Shown here: piece by piece, positions 43,076 through 53,177 of the stretch
Numbering within the stretch: position 1 is the stretch's first letter
Layout of the letters: each line of letters opens with the position of its first letter
DNA from: Patescibacteria group bacterium
Lineage (GTDB): Bacteria > Patescibacteriota > Patescibacteriia > PEXW01
Assembly: GCA_038063455.1 (NCBI GenBank)
Contig: JBBTVB010000005.1
Location: forward strand, 3,482 to 67,481
DNA: 64,000 nt
Reading direction: 5' to 3'
The notes under the pieces: model-generated
Told to the model about the DNA's origin: nothing
Database searches by the model: none
The model's input: only the letters and a program-made list of their open reading frames with translations
Program-made: the position numbers and the translations under genes

Positions 43076-43141
43076 GCGCAGGCACGCCTGCCCGCCAATG
43101 CCGAGCGCTAGGCGAAGGCAGGCGGGGAGACCTGCGCTCGG
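43076..43141. repeat. REP-like element, copy 4 (composite nested palindrome), lying between two operon genes
   Basis: GCGCAGG...CCTGCGC encloses CCGAGCGC...GCGCTCGG. The reverse complement contains AGCGCAGGTCTCC, as in copy 1. Confidence 0.5.
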
Positions 43142-43187
43142 CCTCTTCATTCGTACTTCGTATCCCTTTTCGTAATTCGTAACCCGT

Positions 43188-44288
43188 ATGACTATTCGCA
43201 AACTCACCGCCGCCTCGCTCAAAATGTTCATCCGGAACAAGCAAGCCTTGTTCTTCACCCTGTTCATGCCGTTTATCTTCATCGGCATCTTCGGGCTTAT
43301 TGGTTTTGACAAGCAGCAAACCATTGACCTCGGCATTGTCACCAGCCATCCCTCGCCGACGACGCAAGCCTTCGTGGATGCGCTAGGGAAAGTCTCGATC
43401 TTCGAGCTGCACCCCGGCACCGAAGCCGGTGAGCGTGCGGCCTTACAAAAAGGCGAACGTGCCGTGGTGCTGATGATTCCGGATGACCTCTTCCCCGACC
43501 CGGCCATTAAAACCGCGCCAAAGATTAAAGACGTTACCATTCTGAAAAACGTAGCCTACGAACAGCAAGCGCAAACTGCCATTACTATCCTAAACCGGTT
43601 CTTCGACAAAACCACGCTGGATGCGGCCAAAGCACCGGAACTCTTCAAGCTGGACGTACAGGATATTAACGCCAAAAAAGTGCGGTACATCGACTTCCTG
43701 CTGCCGGGCATTGTGGCCATGTCCATCATGCAGATGGCCGTGTTCTCTGTGGCGTTCGTGTTTACGGATTACAAAGAGAAGGGCATTCTCAAGCGCCTGC
43801 TGGCCACGCCCATGAAACCGCAAGACTTTGTGGCGGCGCAAGTGATAACCCGGCTGATTGTGGCCATGAGCCAATCTGCCATCTTGCTGGCGGTTGGGGC
43901 GCTGGTGTTCAAGTCGCACATCTACGGCAATCCCCTGCTTATTCTGCTCACCGTTATCTTGGGCGGCATCATGTTCTTGGGGCTGGGCTTTACCATTTCC
44001 GGTTTAGCCAAAACGGTGGACGCGGTGCCCGCCATTGCGAACATTATTATTTTCCCCATGCTGTTCTTGTCAGGTATTTTCTTCCCCACCAACGGTATGC
44101 CCCTGTTGTTGCAGCATGTCGTCAAATACTTACCACTGCAACCCTTTGCCCATGCCTTGCGGGAAATTGTTGCCAACGGCGCCCACTTCAGCGAAGTGCG
44201 AACTGACCTCGCCTGGGTGTTTGGCTGGGCTGTAGTACTGGTCTTCTTGGCCGTGTACACCTTTAGGTTTGAGGAAAAAAGGATGTAA
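43188..44288 (+). CDS. ABC-2 family transporter permease
   Basis: N-terminal TM segment, a large extracytoplasmic loop and five C-terminal TM helices. Confidence 0.85.
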   Translation: MTIRKLTAASLKMFIRNKQALFFTLFMPFIFIGIFGLIGFDKQQTIDLGIVTSHPSPTTQAFVDALGKVSIFELHPGTEAGERAALQKGERAVVLMIPDDLFPDPAIKTAPKIKDVTILKNVAYEQQAQTAITILNRFFDKTTLDAAKAPELFKLDVQDINAKKVRYIDFLLPGIVAMSIMQMAVFSVAFVFTDYKEKGILKRLLATPMKPQDFVAAQVITRLIVAMSQSAILLAVGALVFKSHIYGNPLLILLTVILGGIMFLGLGFTISGLAKTVDAVPAIANIIIFPMLFLSGIFFPTNGMPLLLQHVVKYLPLQPFAHALREIVANGAHFSEVRTDLAWVFGWAVVLVFLAVYTFRFEEKRM

Positions 44289-44306
44289 GCGAAATTTTGA
44301 AAGATA

Positions 44307-44337
44307 AAAAACCCGCAGTTATGCAACTGCGGGTTTT
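44307..44337. terminator. Bidirectional intrinsic terminator
   Basis: AAAACCCGCAGTT-atgc-AACTGCGGGTTTT. Confidence 0.75.
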
Positions 44338-44357
44338 GGTTTTGCGCTCTTTACGCA

Positions 44358-44501
44358 CTAAGGAACGAGCCGAACTGAACCGCGCATTATTTGCTCCACA
44401 ACCTTGATGAACTGTTGTTCGGGCAATTGCTGCAAACCGTACTTGGGCCAGGTGTCCTTGGTGATGGGTGTGGGTGGGGCTGGTTCTTTTTTTAAACTCA
44501 T
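44358..44501 (-). CDS. Possible small protein (47 aa)
   Basis: Internal ATG with only a weak SD (GAAAGG). No motif recognised, so coding status is uncertain. Confidence 0.3.
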   Translation of the reverse strand: MSLKKEPAPPTPITKDTWPKYGLQQLPEQQFIKVVEQIMRGSVRLVP

Positions 44502-44576
44502 ATGATGCCTTTCATAGTTTTGGGTTTTTGTTACACGAAAAATAAGCCTACCGCATGGGTGGCAAGGGGTCAAGCC

Positions 44577-44966
44577 CTACTGCAGGAAATCAATATAGAT
44601 ACCAGCAAGGAGCGCAACCGCTGAGCTGGCAAAAATGAAAACGTAGTTCCACTTTTCCCGCGTGGACCGCAGGGTAGAAAAAACGTACATCATGGCTGAC
44701 TTTTCATCTGCCGAGAGTTCGTTGAGCGCGGGTACTCTTTCGGCTAAATGAAATTCCTGGATAGCCTGTGCCCGCCGCTGGGAAATTTGGTAGCGGTGGA
44801 TAAAGTAGATAATGAAGCCGATTGTCCCGACGTACCAGGCAGACTTAAGAAAAGCTGGATTCGCATCACTGAAAAAAATAATGACGCGGTAGGCAAACGT
44901 CGCAATAATTCCTATCCAAAAAAACAAAGTGCGAATGGTTTTGGAGTGCAGGTGTGGAATAGGCAT
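44577..44966 (-). CDS. Membrane protein (129 aa)
   Basis: Three hydrophobic helices; I recognise no family. Confidence 0.6.
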   Translation of the reverse strand: MPIPHLHSKTIRTLFFWIGIIATFAYRVIIFFSDANPAFLKSAWYVGTIGFIIYFIHRYQISQRRAQAIQEFHLAERVPALNELSADEKSAMMYVFSTLRSTREKWNYVFIFASSAVALLAGIYIDFLQ

Positions 44967-45030
44967 GCAGGTATGCTAGCACAAAAAGAAAACCGGACGT
45001 CTGGGACATCCGGTTTCAATGAAGGTGCAA

Positions 45031-47034
45031 TTATACAGTAATCGGAACACGATGAAGTTCATCAAGCCAAGGTTGAACCGAGGCTTCGGGTGGCATGCGC
45101 CAGTCGCCACGAGGTGAAAGGGCGGTAAGGCCAACCTTGGGCCCGTCTGGAACGCAGTTCCGTTTGAACTGGTTACCGAAGAACTTCCGAAGGAACACCT
45201 CGAGCCACTGCTTGATCTCTTCCAGCGTGTACTGCCCATCGAACGCCTGCATCGCCAACCGCGCAATGCTGAATGGTGAGCGGCCGTGCCGGACGAAGTA
45301 GTACAGGAAAAAATCATGGAGTTCGTACGGACCAATAATAGACTCGGTTTTCTGAGCGATTTTTCCATCCGCATCCGCTGGCTGCAACTCCGGCGAAATG
45401 GGGGTATCCAAAATGTCCAAGAGCACCTTGTTGACCTCCGCATCCTGTGCAAAGACATGCTCTGCTGACCAACGAATAAGGTGGCTAATGAGCGTCTTCG
45501 GGACGCCGGCATTGGGGTTGTAGTGTGAGGCGTGATCCCCGAACATCGTCGTCCAGCCCAGGGCCAGCTCCGAAAGGTCGCCGGTGCCCTGGTCAATGGC
45601 ACCAAGTTTGCCGGCCAGGGCAAGCTCAGTCATTTTTCGAGCCCAGGCTTGAGCATTCTCGTAGGTGACGTTGTGGTCAGATAGGTCATGGCCAATGCTC
45701 TCCAAAAGTGCAGTTGCCAACGGAACAATGGAGATATCCTTGAAAGTTACGCCGAGTGCTTTTGCAAGCGCCTCAGCATTCCCTTTGGTCCGCGAGGTGG
45801 TTCCAAACCCAGGCATGGTAACGGCAATGACGTTGGTCCGCGGCAGCTTGAGTAAGTCCATCGTGTACACCGCAACAAGCAATGCGTGCGTGGAATCCTG
45901 CCCGCCCGAAAGCCCGAGAACGAGCTTCCGGTATGCCTCGGGCAGCGACACTATGCGCCGAGCCAAGGCCGACGTCTGAATGTTAAACGTCTCCTGGCAA
46001 CGCTCATTGCGAATCGCCGGATCCGATGGTACGAACGGTTTCGATTCCAGTGGGTACCTAAATTCGCGCAAGGTACCGCTGTTGAGGTCTTGGCCCAAAC
46101 AGTCATCAAAGGTAACTGTCCGGAAGACTTTTGTGGCATCGGATGCGTTCTGACAAAACGAACTTTGCTGCCGGTCATACATGAGGGCGTAGAGGTCCAC
46201 GTCCGTCACCGTACAAGATCCGTGCAAAGCAAAACGCGTATTCGTCGCCAGTAGCTTCCCGCCCTGAGCAATGAGTGCCTCGCCATCCCAAGCCAAATCG
46301 GCTGTACTCTCGCCGAAGCCGGCAGCGCAGTAGATCTGCACGGCCAGATTGCGGCCCGAAGAGCCGAGCACGAGCTGTCGCCGGTACTCGCCTTTGCCAA
46401 TAGTAATATTGGAGGCAGAGAGATTGGCCAGCACGGTTGCTCCGGCCAAGGCGGCGTGGGCACTCGGCGGGATTGGCACCCACAGGTCTTCGCAGATTTC
46501 GGTGAAGACCGAAAAATTTGGATGGGCGCTTGACCGCATGATAATGTCCGTACCAAAAGGCACATGCTGACCAAGCAGCTGGACCACATTCTTGCGAGCA
46601 TTGCTGGCGTGGGCAAAGTACCGCGCTTCATAAAATTCGCGGTACGACGGCAAGTATGATTTCGGCGTCACACCCAGTATCCTGCCATTGCAAAAGGTTA
46701 CGGCACAGTTGTAGAGTTGCGCGTCAACCATCAGGGGCATACCCACAGAAATGAGCATGTTCCAACCATCTGTTTTCTCAACCAGATATTGCAGTGCATC
46801 ACGTGCGCCACTGGCAAGCGTCTCGGAAAAAAACAGGTCGCCACTGGTATAGCCGGTAAGACCCAACTCAGGACACACAGCGTACATGGTGCCTTGGTCA
46901 CGCGCATCCTGCAAGTACTTTAGGTGTTTCTCGGCGTTCTGCATGGGGTGTGCAAGGCTGACCTCGGGAATAACCGCAGCAACCCGGGCAAAACCGTGAT
47001 TTCGGATATCCGGAAACTCTGATGCGAAGCGCAT
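45031..47034 (-). CDS. nadE: Glutamine-dependent NAD+ synthetase (nitrilase domain plus NadE domain)
   Basis: 667 aa with an N-terminal CN-hydrolase fold and the PP-loop 'GLSGGQDST'. Confidence 0.93.
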   Translation of the reverse strand: MRFASEFPDIRNHGFARVAAVIPEVSLAHPMQNAEKHLKYLQDARDQGTMYAVCPELGLTGYTSGDLFFSETLASGARDALQYLVEKTDGWNMLISVGMPLMVDAQLYNCAVTFCNGRILGVTPKSYLPSYREFYEARYFAHASNARKNVVQLLGQHVPFGTDIIMRSSAHPNFSVFTEICEDLWVPIPPSAHAALAGATVLANLSASNITIGKGEYRRQLVLGSSGRNLAVQIYCAAGFGESTADLAWDGEALIAQGGKLLATNTRFALHGSCTVTDVDLYALMYDRQQSSFCQNASDATKVFRTVTFDDCLGQDLNSGTLREFRYPLESKPFVPSDPAIRNERCQETFNIQTSALARRIVSLPEAYRKLVLGLSGGQDSTHALLVAVYTMDLLKLPRTNVIAVTMPGFGTTSRTKGNAEALAKALGVTFKDISIVPLATALLESIGHDLSDHNVTYENAQAWARKMTELALAGKLGAIDQGTGDLSELALGWTTMFGDHASHYNPNAGVPKTLISHLIRWSAEHVFAQDAEVNKVLLDILDTPISPELQPADADGKIAQKTESIIGPYELHDFFLYYFVRHGRSPFSIARLAMQAFDGQYTLEEIKQWLEVFLRKFFGNQFKRNCVPDGPKVGLTALSPRGDWRMPPEASVQPWLDELHRVPITV

Positions 47035-47172
47035 ACTGCGCCTCCTTTCTGTATTGTATGGAATTGTTCATGTGCAAATTTCTTTTCCTTGAATGCCATA
47101 CGCTGGGTAGGGCACTCGAGGGAAAGGGCGAGAAGAGAAAGTCTCCTCCCGCCGTTTTTTACATGCAAGCAC

Positions 47173-48435
47173 TTACACTCGACACGTTTCCTCATGTGTT
47201 TCGGTATACCCGAACACGCCTTTGTAGCGTACGATCTCCTTGGCTGGTCCCATAGCTTTCGCTAGGTTGTCCGAAAGTTTTACCGTCGGTTGACCATTCG
47301 CGGCAATCGCTTTGGCCACGAGTGAAAGGGTTGGTAGACCCAAGTCGTTCGTCAGCGTCGTGCCCCAACCGTATGAGATGTTCATCTGATCGCCGTACCG
47401 ATCGTCAATGTCGAGGATCTTCTGTAGATCTAAGCCATCACTCGGCAGCCACAGCTTGGTTTTGGGGTCAATCCCAAGCTTGCGATAGTACGTAATGCGT
47501 TCAATGCCAGCGAGCAATGGGTCGGCCGAATCCTCGCGCGTCCCTTTCCACTTCCGGGCACGTTCTTCTCCAAAAACCTTGAAGAAAAATTCGGAACCAA
47601 AAGTGTCAGGCAACGCAATGGAGAGACCAACGCCGTACAAATCGAACCACTGATCGAGTACCACTTCGGTTGAAGCGATGAGCTCGGCATCAGATCTGGC
47701 AAGTGCGCCACGAACCATTGGCAATTCATGCGCGCTCGTACCCATGGGGATAATCCCTAGTTCATGTGCGAGTTCCGTATTCGACGTACCGAGTAATTGG
47801 GAGCGTGGCAGCTCCTCGGATAGGGCCCGGGTAATATCCCGTTGCCACACCCTACCAAACCGTCGCCGCGTGCCAAATTCAATAAATTTGATGCGCGGAC
47901 GTTTTTTGAGCACTTCAATTTTATCGTGCAGGCGGCGGATGCCATCGGCATATATCGCCTGTCGCTGGAAGCGGCTCTTGTCGCGCAACAGAGCTCTATA
48001 GTAGAGCTCATTCACGATTCCCAGGGCAATAGTCTCCCAGAGCGAAACCGCAGCCCACGGGCCAGTAAAACGTAAGTCGAACTGTCCGTCGATAACCTGC
48101 AGCTCGTAGGCTGGCAACCCCATATTTTTTAGGAACTCTAGGTACTCCTCCGAGAACATATTTTTCCCATAGACGTCCATCCCACGCAAGTAATAGATTT
48201 CACTCTGCGTGAAGCGCGATGTCATGACATGATCCAGCTCCGCTCGCAGTTCGTGCTCGTCGATGCAATCCGCAAGGCGAACTGTCGACGTGCGGTTCTT
48301 CATCCCGAATGTGACAATCACATCTCGATAGTGTTTGTAAATGAAGTTCCCCATAGTGAACTTGTAGAAGTCCACATCCAGCAACGAAGTAACGATTGGC
48401 TCACTATTGCTTCTGGGTAAGAGTTGGAAGCTCAT
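47173..48435 (-). CDS. pncB: Nicotinate phosphoribosyltransferase
   Basis: 'LDVDFYKFTM' N-terminus and 'IEFGTRRR'. Confidence 0.9.
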   Translation of the reverse strand: MSFQLLPRSNSEPIVTSLLDVDFYKFTMGNFIYKHYRDVIVTFGMKNRTSTVRLADCIDEHELRAELDHVMTSRFTQSEIYYLRGMDVYGKNMFSEEYLEFLKNMGLPAYELQVIDGQFDLRFTGPWAAVSLWETIALGIVNELYYRALLRDKSRFQRQAIYADGIRRLHDKIEVLKKRPRIKFIEFGTRRRFGRVWQRDITRALSEELPRSQLLGTSNTELAHELGIIPMGTSAHELPMVRGALARSDAELIASTEVVLDQWFDLYGVGLSIALPDTFGSEFFFKVFGEERARKWKGTREDSADPLLAGIERITYYRKLGIDPKTKLWLPSDGLDLQKILDIDDRYGDQMNISYGWGTTLTNDLGLPTLSLVAKAIAANGQPTVKLSDNLAKAMGPAKEIVRYKGVFGYTETHEETCRV

Positions 48436-48450
48436 GGCTTCCTCCTTTCT

Positions 48451-49008
48451 CTAGCGTTTATCTACTTTGTTACGGAGGAACCACTGCAAGAGCGCGAAGA
48501 CGCGTACGTCCTCGCACACGTAGTTCTCTAGTTCGCTCACAGGCAGGAAGACGCGCGTAATGCGCTCGCCTTCTTCGGCCAGGCCGAATGCTCGTTCGGC
48601 TTGCTCCAACTGGTCATTGGTAATTTCCACGTAACCCAGCCAGGCACGCTCGGTAAGGCAGCCCGCGGAAAGCGCGAGCGCGGTGCACTGGTTAAGAAGG
48701 GTAATGCTGTTTGGATCAATGGTTACGCCAACTTCTTCACCCGCTTCGTGTGCGAGGAGCTGGCGAACCGATTCGTCGCGGTCAAACCGTCCTGCGGTGC
48801 TTTCTGTAATCCGGCCGTTGGCATTTCCTGGCCGCACCATAGCCTCGCGGCACTGGCTAACCAGAAGAATCTGCTGGCGGTCACGCAAGTAGATAAGCAC
48901 ATTTGCTGAGTCTGATGTCCTCAAGAAGCGACGTTCGTGTCCATCGGTTACGACGATCTCGAGCGTGAAGCTTTGCTGAGCAACCGCTGGGGTGCCTCGC
49001 TGTTCCAT
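48451..49008 (-). CDS. NUDIX hydrolase (ADP-ribose pyrophosphatase-like)
   Basis: Nudix-box-like 'GRFDRDESVRQLLAHEAGEEVGV', with His in place of the usual Arg. Confidence 0.75.
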   Translation of the reverse strand: MEQRGTPAVAQQSFTLEIVVTDGHERRFLRTSDSANVLIYLRDRQQILLVSQCREAMVRPGNANGRITESTAGRFDRDESVRQLLAHEAGEEVGVTIDPNSITLLNQCTALALSAGCLTERAWLGYVEITNDQLEQAERAFGLAEEGERITRVFLPVSELENYVCEDVRVFALLQWFLRNKVDKR

Positions 49009-49186
49009 ACAATACTCCTGTCTATGCTAAAAGTGTAAGTTGCTTGCATGTTGTAAAAGAGCATCACTCGAATTGTTGTATTCGGGTGAGAGCACTGGGC
49101 CGAAAGGTTTCGGCACAAGGCTCTTGGGAAAAAATTGGGGTGGAGCGCAGGTTCAAACCGTACGCTCCACACCTTGGATTGAAGGA

Positions 49187-50569
49187 TCAATGCACGGGAA
49201 ACTGCAGAGCCAGGATCTTCTGCTGGGGGTCGTTGCCTGGGCAGAATGCGAGTTCTGCGGCGGCAATCCGGCTCACCCGAATGTCGAGGGCAGTCACTGG
49301 GCCCAAACTAATCCCGTCAACGAACGCTTCCACCCCACGCTTGGATGTATCCAACACACGAAGCTGAATGCGCTGGCGCAGGCCCAAGTGGACCGGTGCC
49401 CAACCAGAAGGTTCAAAGACGTTCATGCCGGCCAGGATAATGTGTTCCGTACCCACCGGCATGGGTTTTACGCCCAATGTGCGTGCGTAGCCCGTAGAAC
49501 CACCGGCTGTTGCCACAAGTGCGCCATCACTAACCAGTTTGCGCAACCGCGGCACGTCATCAACGATGACTTCCAACCACGTTGCTTGCCCGCCATTGAT
49601 AGAGCGCAGCCAAGCGTCATTGAATGCGAGGTGTGAAGTCGTTGCACCGCTCGGCTGTGTTGCCGTTACGTAGAGCAAAGGAGATTGCAGGATAGTGAGC
49701 TGCCGGAAGAGTTGATGCGGTTCACTGTTCGACGGGACCTCGTTGAGGAGAAAACCGTGATGGCCAACGTTCAAACCTAGAATGGGCAAACGCTGCCGCC
49801 AGTTGCCTCGAATCACATGGAGCATGAAACCATCTCCACCAACTGCAACGATGCAATTCGGGTCACTCTCTACCCGTACAGGTGCAAGCCAATCAACGAT
49901 GCTCGGCACACGCGGATTCGTTGCATCGCCAATGCAAAGTACTCGAGGGTTATTGAGCGAGGTTCCAGGGGTTAGGAAATCTGGCTGCATGCCGCGGTAC
50001 AAGCCGTGGCGTTCGATGTAGCCCGCAACTGCAGGCACAACGAGGTCGGCATATGGCTGGCGCGTGAATACCCGTTCGCGAATCTCCGTGCTTGCACCCG
50101 TGTGGGGGGTGGGCAGGACCTCAGCATGCGGAGGCAGGTCTGCCTGCAGGAGCGGTGCGGTCTGGCGCGGGATGACCACCATGGGTCGTTGCCACACTTC
50201 TGCGCCACGTTCCCACTCCCGCTGAATGATCGACTGGCCGCTTGCGCCATCAGCAATGAGATCGCTACCGACAGCGAGCCAGCACTCGCCCTGATCGGCG
50301 TACCGGTCCAGCAAAGCCGCGGAGCGAGTAAACACATCGTTCTCCAGGTCTTCAAGGTCAACCGTCACTTTGGGCATGTCACCAAAAGTGAGATCCGCAA
50401 TGACGGCACGGTGAATGGGCGCGATGTCGTTTGTGGTGTGCTTGTCTGGACGCGGCCCGCAAGGCACTACAATAACCTGATCAAAACGTGAAGCAAGCGC
50501 TTCCACGATTCGCCGGTGGTGCAGGCCGCTTGGATTTCCACTCAAGCCATACAGGGCAATGCGTGGCAT
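49187..50569 (-). CDS. Fusion protein: NMN/NaMN adenylyltransferase (NadD-like) plus NAD kinase
   Basis: N-terminal 'YGLSGNPSGLHHRRIV' and 'GASTEIRE'. C-terminal 'VAVGGDGFMLH', 'NDAW' and 'ATAGGSTGYARTLG'. The ATG at 50569 follows GAGG. Confidence 0.8.
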   Translation of the reverse strand: MPRIALYGLSGNPSGLHHRRIVEALASRFDQVIVVPCGPRPDKHTTNDIAPIHRAVIADLTFGDMPKVTVDLEDLENDVFTRSAALLDRYADQGECWLAVGSDLIADGASGQSIIQREWERGAEVWQRPMVVIPRQTAPLLQADLPPHAEVLPTPHTGASTEIRERVFTRQPYADLVVPAVAGYIERHGLYRGMQPDFLTPGTSLNNPRVLCIGDATNPRVPSIVDWLAPVRVESDPNCIVAVGGDGFMLHVIRGNWRQRLPILGLNVGHHGFLLNEVPSNSEPHQLFRQLTILQSPLLYVTATQPSGATTSHLAFNDAWLRSINGGQATWLEVIVDDVPRLRKLVSDGALVATAGGSTGYARTLGVKPMPVGTEHIILAGMNVFEPSGWAPVHLGLRQRIQLRVLDTSKRGVEAFVDGISLGPVTALDIRVSRIAAAELAFCPGNDPQQKILALQFPVH

Positions 50570-50692
50570 TGCTACCTCACTTTCTATACATTCAATGTTC
50601 GTTTTTTTACTTTGTCGTGGTCGCAACGTAGGTTGTGACCAGAGAGGTGCTTCGATGCTTCCATCGGTGCGCGTCTCTGCAGAAAAAATGGT

Positions 50693-50730
50693 GAGAGGAA
50701 GTACGACACTAGCATGTCGTGCTTCCTCTC
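50693..50730 (-). terminator. Intrinsic terminator of pncA
   Basis: GAGAGGAAG-c-ACGAC...GTCGT-a-CTTCCTCTC followed by ACCATTTTTTC on the minus strand. Confidence 0.7.
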
Positions 50731-50749
50731 AATGATGGAATGTACTGGC

Positions 50750-51322
50750 TCAGTCGCGAACGATTGTGACGCCCGCAGCTTCCATTGCCCGAATGGCATT
50801 TGTTCCGTCATCAGGCTTGATGTTAGCTGCACGGCAGCTGCTCAGATAGACAGTGACGTTGAACCCACGCTTGGCGCCATCGATGGCTGTAGCCTTGACG
50901 CAATAATCCGTAGCGAGCCCAACAACATCCAGATTGGTGACATTGTTTGCCCGCAAATCCTGTTCGAGTGGCACACCGTCAGTTGTGACCCCTTCAAAGG
51001 CACTATAACCATCGTCAATCTGGCTTTGACCTTTGGTGATGATGGTCGTATCGGTCAAATCCAGCTGCGGATGAAACTGCGCACCCGGCGTATCTTGCAC
51101 GCAGTGGACGGGCCAAATCTTAAAGTGCTCAGTATCTGGCGGGTGGCAATCCCGGGAAGCGTATTTTCTGGCGTAGGCTTCGTCTCCGGACATCATGTTG
51201 ATGTACGGAACGACAGCATCGCCATCAGGCACTTCCAATGCCCCGCGTTTGCAAAAATCTTTTTGGACATCGACGATAATAAGAGCAGTATAACCACTAC
51301 CAACAACGGTTTTCGTTTGCAC
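50750..51322 (-). CDS. pncA: Nicotinamidase/pyrazinamidase
   Basis: Isochorismatase fold with 'ALIIVDVQKDF' and 'VVGLATDYCV'. GTG start after AAGGAGG. Confidence 0.88.
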   Translation of the reverse strand: MQTKTVVGSGYTALIIVDVQKDFCKRGALEVPDGDAVVPYINMMSGDEAYARKYASRDCHPPDTEHFKIWPVHCVQDTPGAQFHPQLDLTDTTIITKGQSQIDDGYSAFEGVTTDGVPLEQDLRANNVTNLDVVGLATDYCVKATAIDGAKRGFNVTVYLSSCRAANIKPDDGTNAIRAMEAAGVTIVRD

Positions 51323-51459
51323 GTTTTCCTCCTTACAGAGTTAAATATTCTTTTGTATTTTCTTGGCCTAAAAATGCTTTTGGACAAGGAGGTGCGAAAG
51401 AAAATATCCTGCGCACTTCCTTATACGCTAAAATTTTTAAAGGCTCAGGATGGCCGCCA

Positions 51460-51488
51460 ACCTTACAAATTTTACTGCACTTTGTCAA
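51460..51488 (-). promoter_or_regulatory. Candidate pncA promoter
   Basis: On the reverse complement: TTGACA, a 17-nt spacer, then TAAGGT. It predicts a 5' UTR of about 130 nt. Confidence 0.5.
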
Positions 51489-51491
51489 GAC

Positions 51492-52475
51492 CTACGGGGA
51501 TAGTGTATTCGGGGCGCGAAGCACTGTGTCGCATACCGCAATAGCCTGGGCCAGGCGCTGCTCATGTGGACCAGACAAAAGGGTGTGGGGCACATTCCGT
51601 TGCTGCAGCACGGTGACGAAACGTTTGTGCATATCGTGGCGGATGTGCTCGCCATCCCGCAGACCATCCTGCACAAACGGAATATCCACATCTGTGAGAA
51701 AGTAGTGGTCGTAACGTCGGCCGGTGGCCAAGGCCGCCACCGCTGCAGAGGTGCTGCCAAGATAGCGCTCCTCCCAGAGTTCAGTTGCGAGAGCGTTGGT
51801 GTCGCACACCAACAATCCGGAGCAACATCGAGCCAACCAATCTTCCAATCGATTCTGTTCTCTGGCAATGAACGCAAACTCGGTCGATACCCATGCTGGC
51901 TGAGGCTGGGTGTGAAACTTTGCTTCCGAATACAAACGACCAAATTCCGGAACCCAGCTGGTTGCGTAATGCACAGCAAGGGCGCGGGCCATAGTGGTGG
52001 TGCCGGTCGACTCGGCACCCAAAATGCAAACCCTTCTGGCAAAGTACGCTTGCACGCACGGGGACAAAAAATTCCAGTGACCAAACGGGTCACGCCGAAT
52101 ATCCGTAGCAGAGATAGGCACCTGCCGGCGCGCAGGATCAACGGCAACATGTCTAGCCCCTAAGAACTGGGCGTATGCATCGCCGTATGCCTCCGAGGTA
52201 AACACCACGTCTGGTCGGTACCCAAGAAACGCTTCGGTATATTTCGCCCAGGCTTTCGAGTCATCCGGCGGTGGTATGTCGGGCACAATGCGTACCTTGA
52301 CCCCCGGAACCATCTCACGCAACCAGACGGCGCGAGTCTCGGCAGGAATCTTCTGGGCTGGATTGTCACAGATAACTACCGTGAGTGTATCCACCTGGGC
52401 CAACGCAGTGGTAATGAGAAACGCGTGCCCCTTATGCGGCGGGTAGAACTTACCAATAACGAGCCCGCGCTTCAT
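51492..52475 (-). CDS. nadR: NadR-type bifunctional NMN adenylyltransferase / ribosylnicotinamide kinase
   Basis: 'GKFYPPHKGH' and Walker A 'GAESTGTTT'. The ATG at 52475 overlaps the pnuC stop (ATGA). Confidence 0.9.
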   Translation of the reverse strand: MKRGLVIGKFYPPHKGHAFLITTALAQVDTLTVVICDNPAQKIPAETRAVWLREMVPGVKVRIVPDIPPPDDSKAWAKYTEAFLGYRPDVVFTSEAYGDAYAQFLGARHVAVDPARRQVPISATDIRRDPFGHWNFLSPCVQAYFARRVCILGAESTGTTTMARALAVHYATSWVPEFGRLYSEAKFHTQPQPAWVSTEFAFIAREQNRLEDWLARCCSGLLVCDTNALATELWEERYLGSTSAAVAALATGRRYDHYFLTDVDIPFVQDGLRDGEHIRHDMHKRFVTVLQQRNVPHTLLSGPHEQRLAQAIAVCDTVLRAPNTLSP

Positions 52476-53140
52476 ACAGATGTTGGTGAGGACTTTGGCA
52501 ACGACCGCTGCCAAACCAGAAGTCCCTTCGTGGCCAAAGCCAAAAAAATGACGTAGAGCAGCGACACAAAGATAACGCCTTTGCTGTAGTACAAACCAAT
52601 ACCTATAACATCAACGGCAATCCACAAGTACCAGGACTCTACTTTTTTATGCGCCATCAAAATCGTCGCGGCAAAACTCATAACCGTGGTTACAGCATCA
52701 AGGTATGGGAATGAAGCGGCCACAGGGAAAAGCGACGGAAAGTAGATATGCAGGTGCCCAACCAGGTAACCCATGCAGATACTCCCCACCACAATAACCA
52801 CGCCGTAGCGCCAGTTGCTTTTTGGAGTATTTCGCGATACCGGCAGTTCCTGCGCACCAGTCTTGCGTCGCCGACCCCACTTGCTCCACGCCCACCAACC
52901 GTAGAAGCCGGTAATGAGAAAGTATATTTGCTCAACAAAATCTGAATACAGTTGAATCTTGTAAAAAAGAATGGCAAAGAGTACAACGCCGATATTGCCA
53001 ATCGGCCAGTTCCAAATGTTCTTACGCACAACCAACCAGACGCACGCGATATTAAAAAGTGTGCCGGCAAACTCTATAAAACTCATGGGATACCCGAGGA
53101 GCGTAAAAAGGGTAAAATCCAGGCTGAAAATATTAGGCAT
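52472..53140 (-). CDS. pnuC: Nicotinamide riboside transporter PnuC
   Basis: 'CVWLVVRKNIWNWPIG' and a 7-TM profile. Confidence 0.9.
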   Translation of the reverse strand: MPNIFSLDFTLFTLLGYPMSFIEFAGTLFNIACVWLVVRKNIWNWPIGNIGVVLFAILFYKIQLYSDFVEQIYFLITGFYGWWAWSKWGRRRKTGAQELPVSRNTPKSNWRYGVVIVVGSICMGYLVGHLHIYFPSLFPVAASFPYLDAVTTVMSFAATILMAHKKVESWYLWIAVDVIGIGLYYSKGVIFVSLLYVIFLALATKGLLVWQRSLPKSSPTSV

Positions 53141-53177
53141 GGGGGTGGGATATGAGTGGAAGAAGAAATATCATATT

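Noticed and set aside
47035-47172. An NAD riboswitch or sRNA in the pncB-nadE spacer (an imperfect plus-strand hairpin GGCGAGAAGAG...CTCCTCCCGCC followed by GTTTTTT)
   Set aside because: The stem has two mismatches. No plus-strand promoter or gene precedes it. I cannot match the minus-strand leader to known NAD riboswitch classes. This is too weak without covariation or expression data.
50714-51544. A 276-aa plus-strand ORF covering pncA and its leader
   Set aside because: It is antisense to pncA, crosses an intergenic promoter and terminator, and has no recognisable domain.
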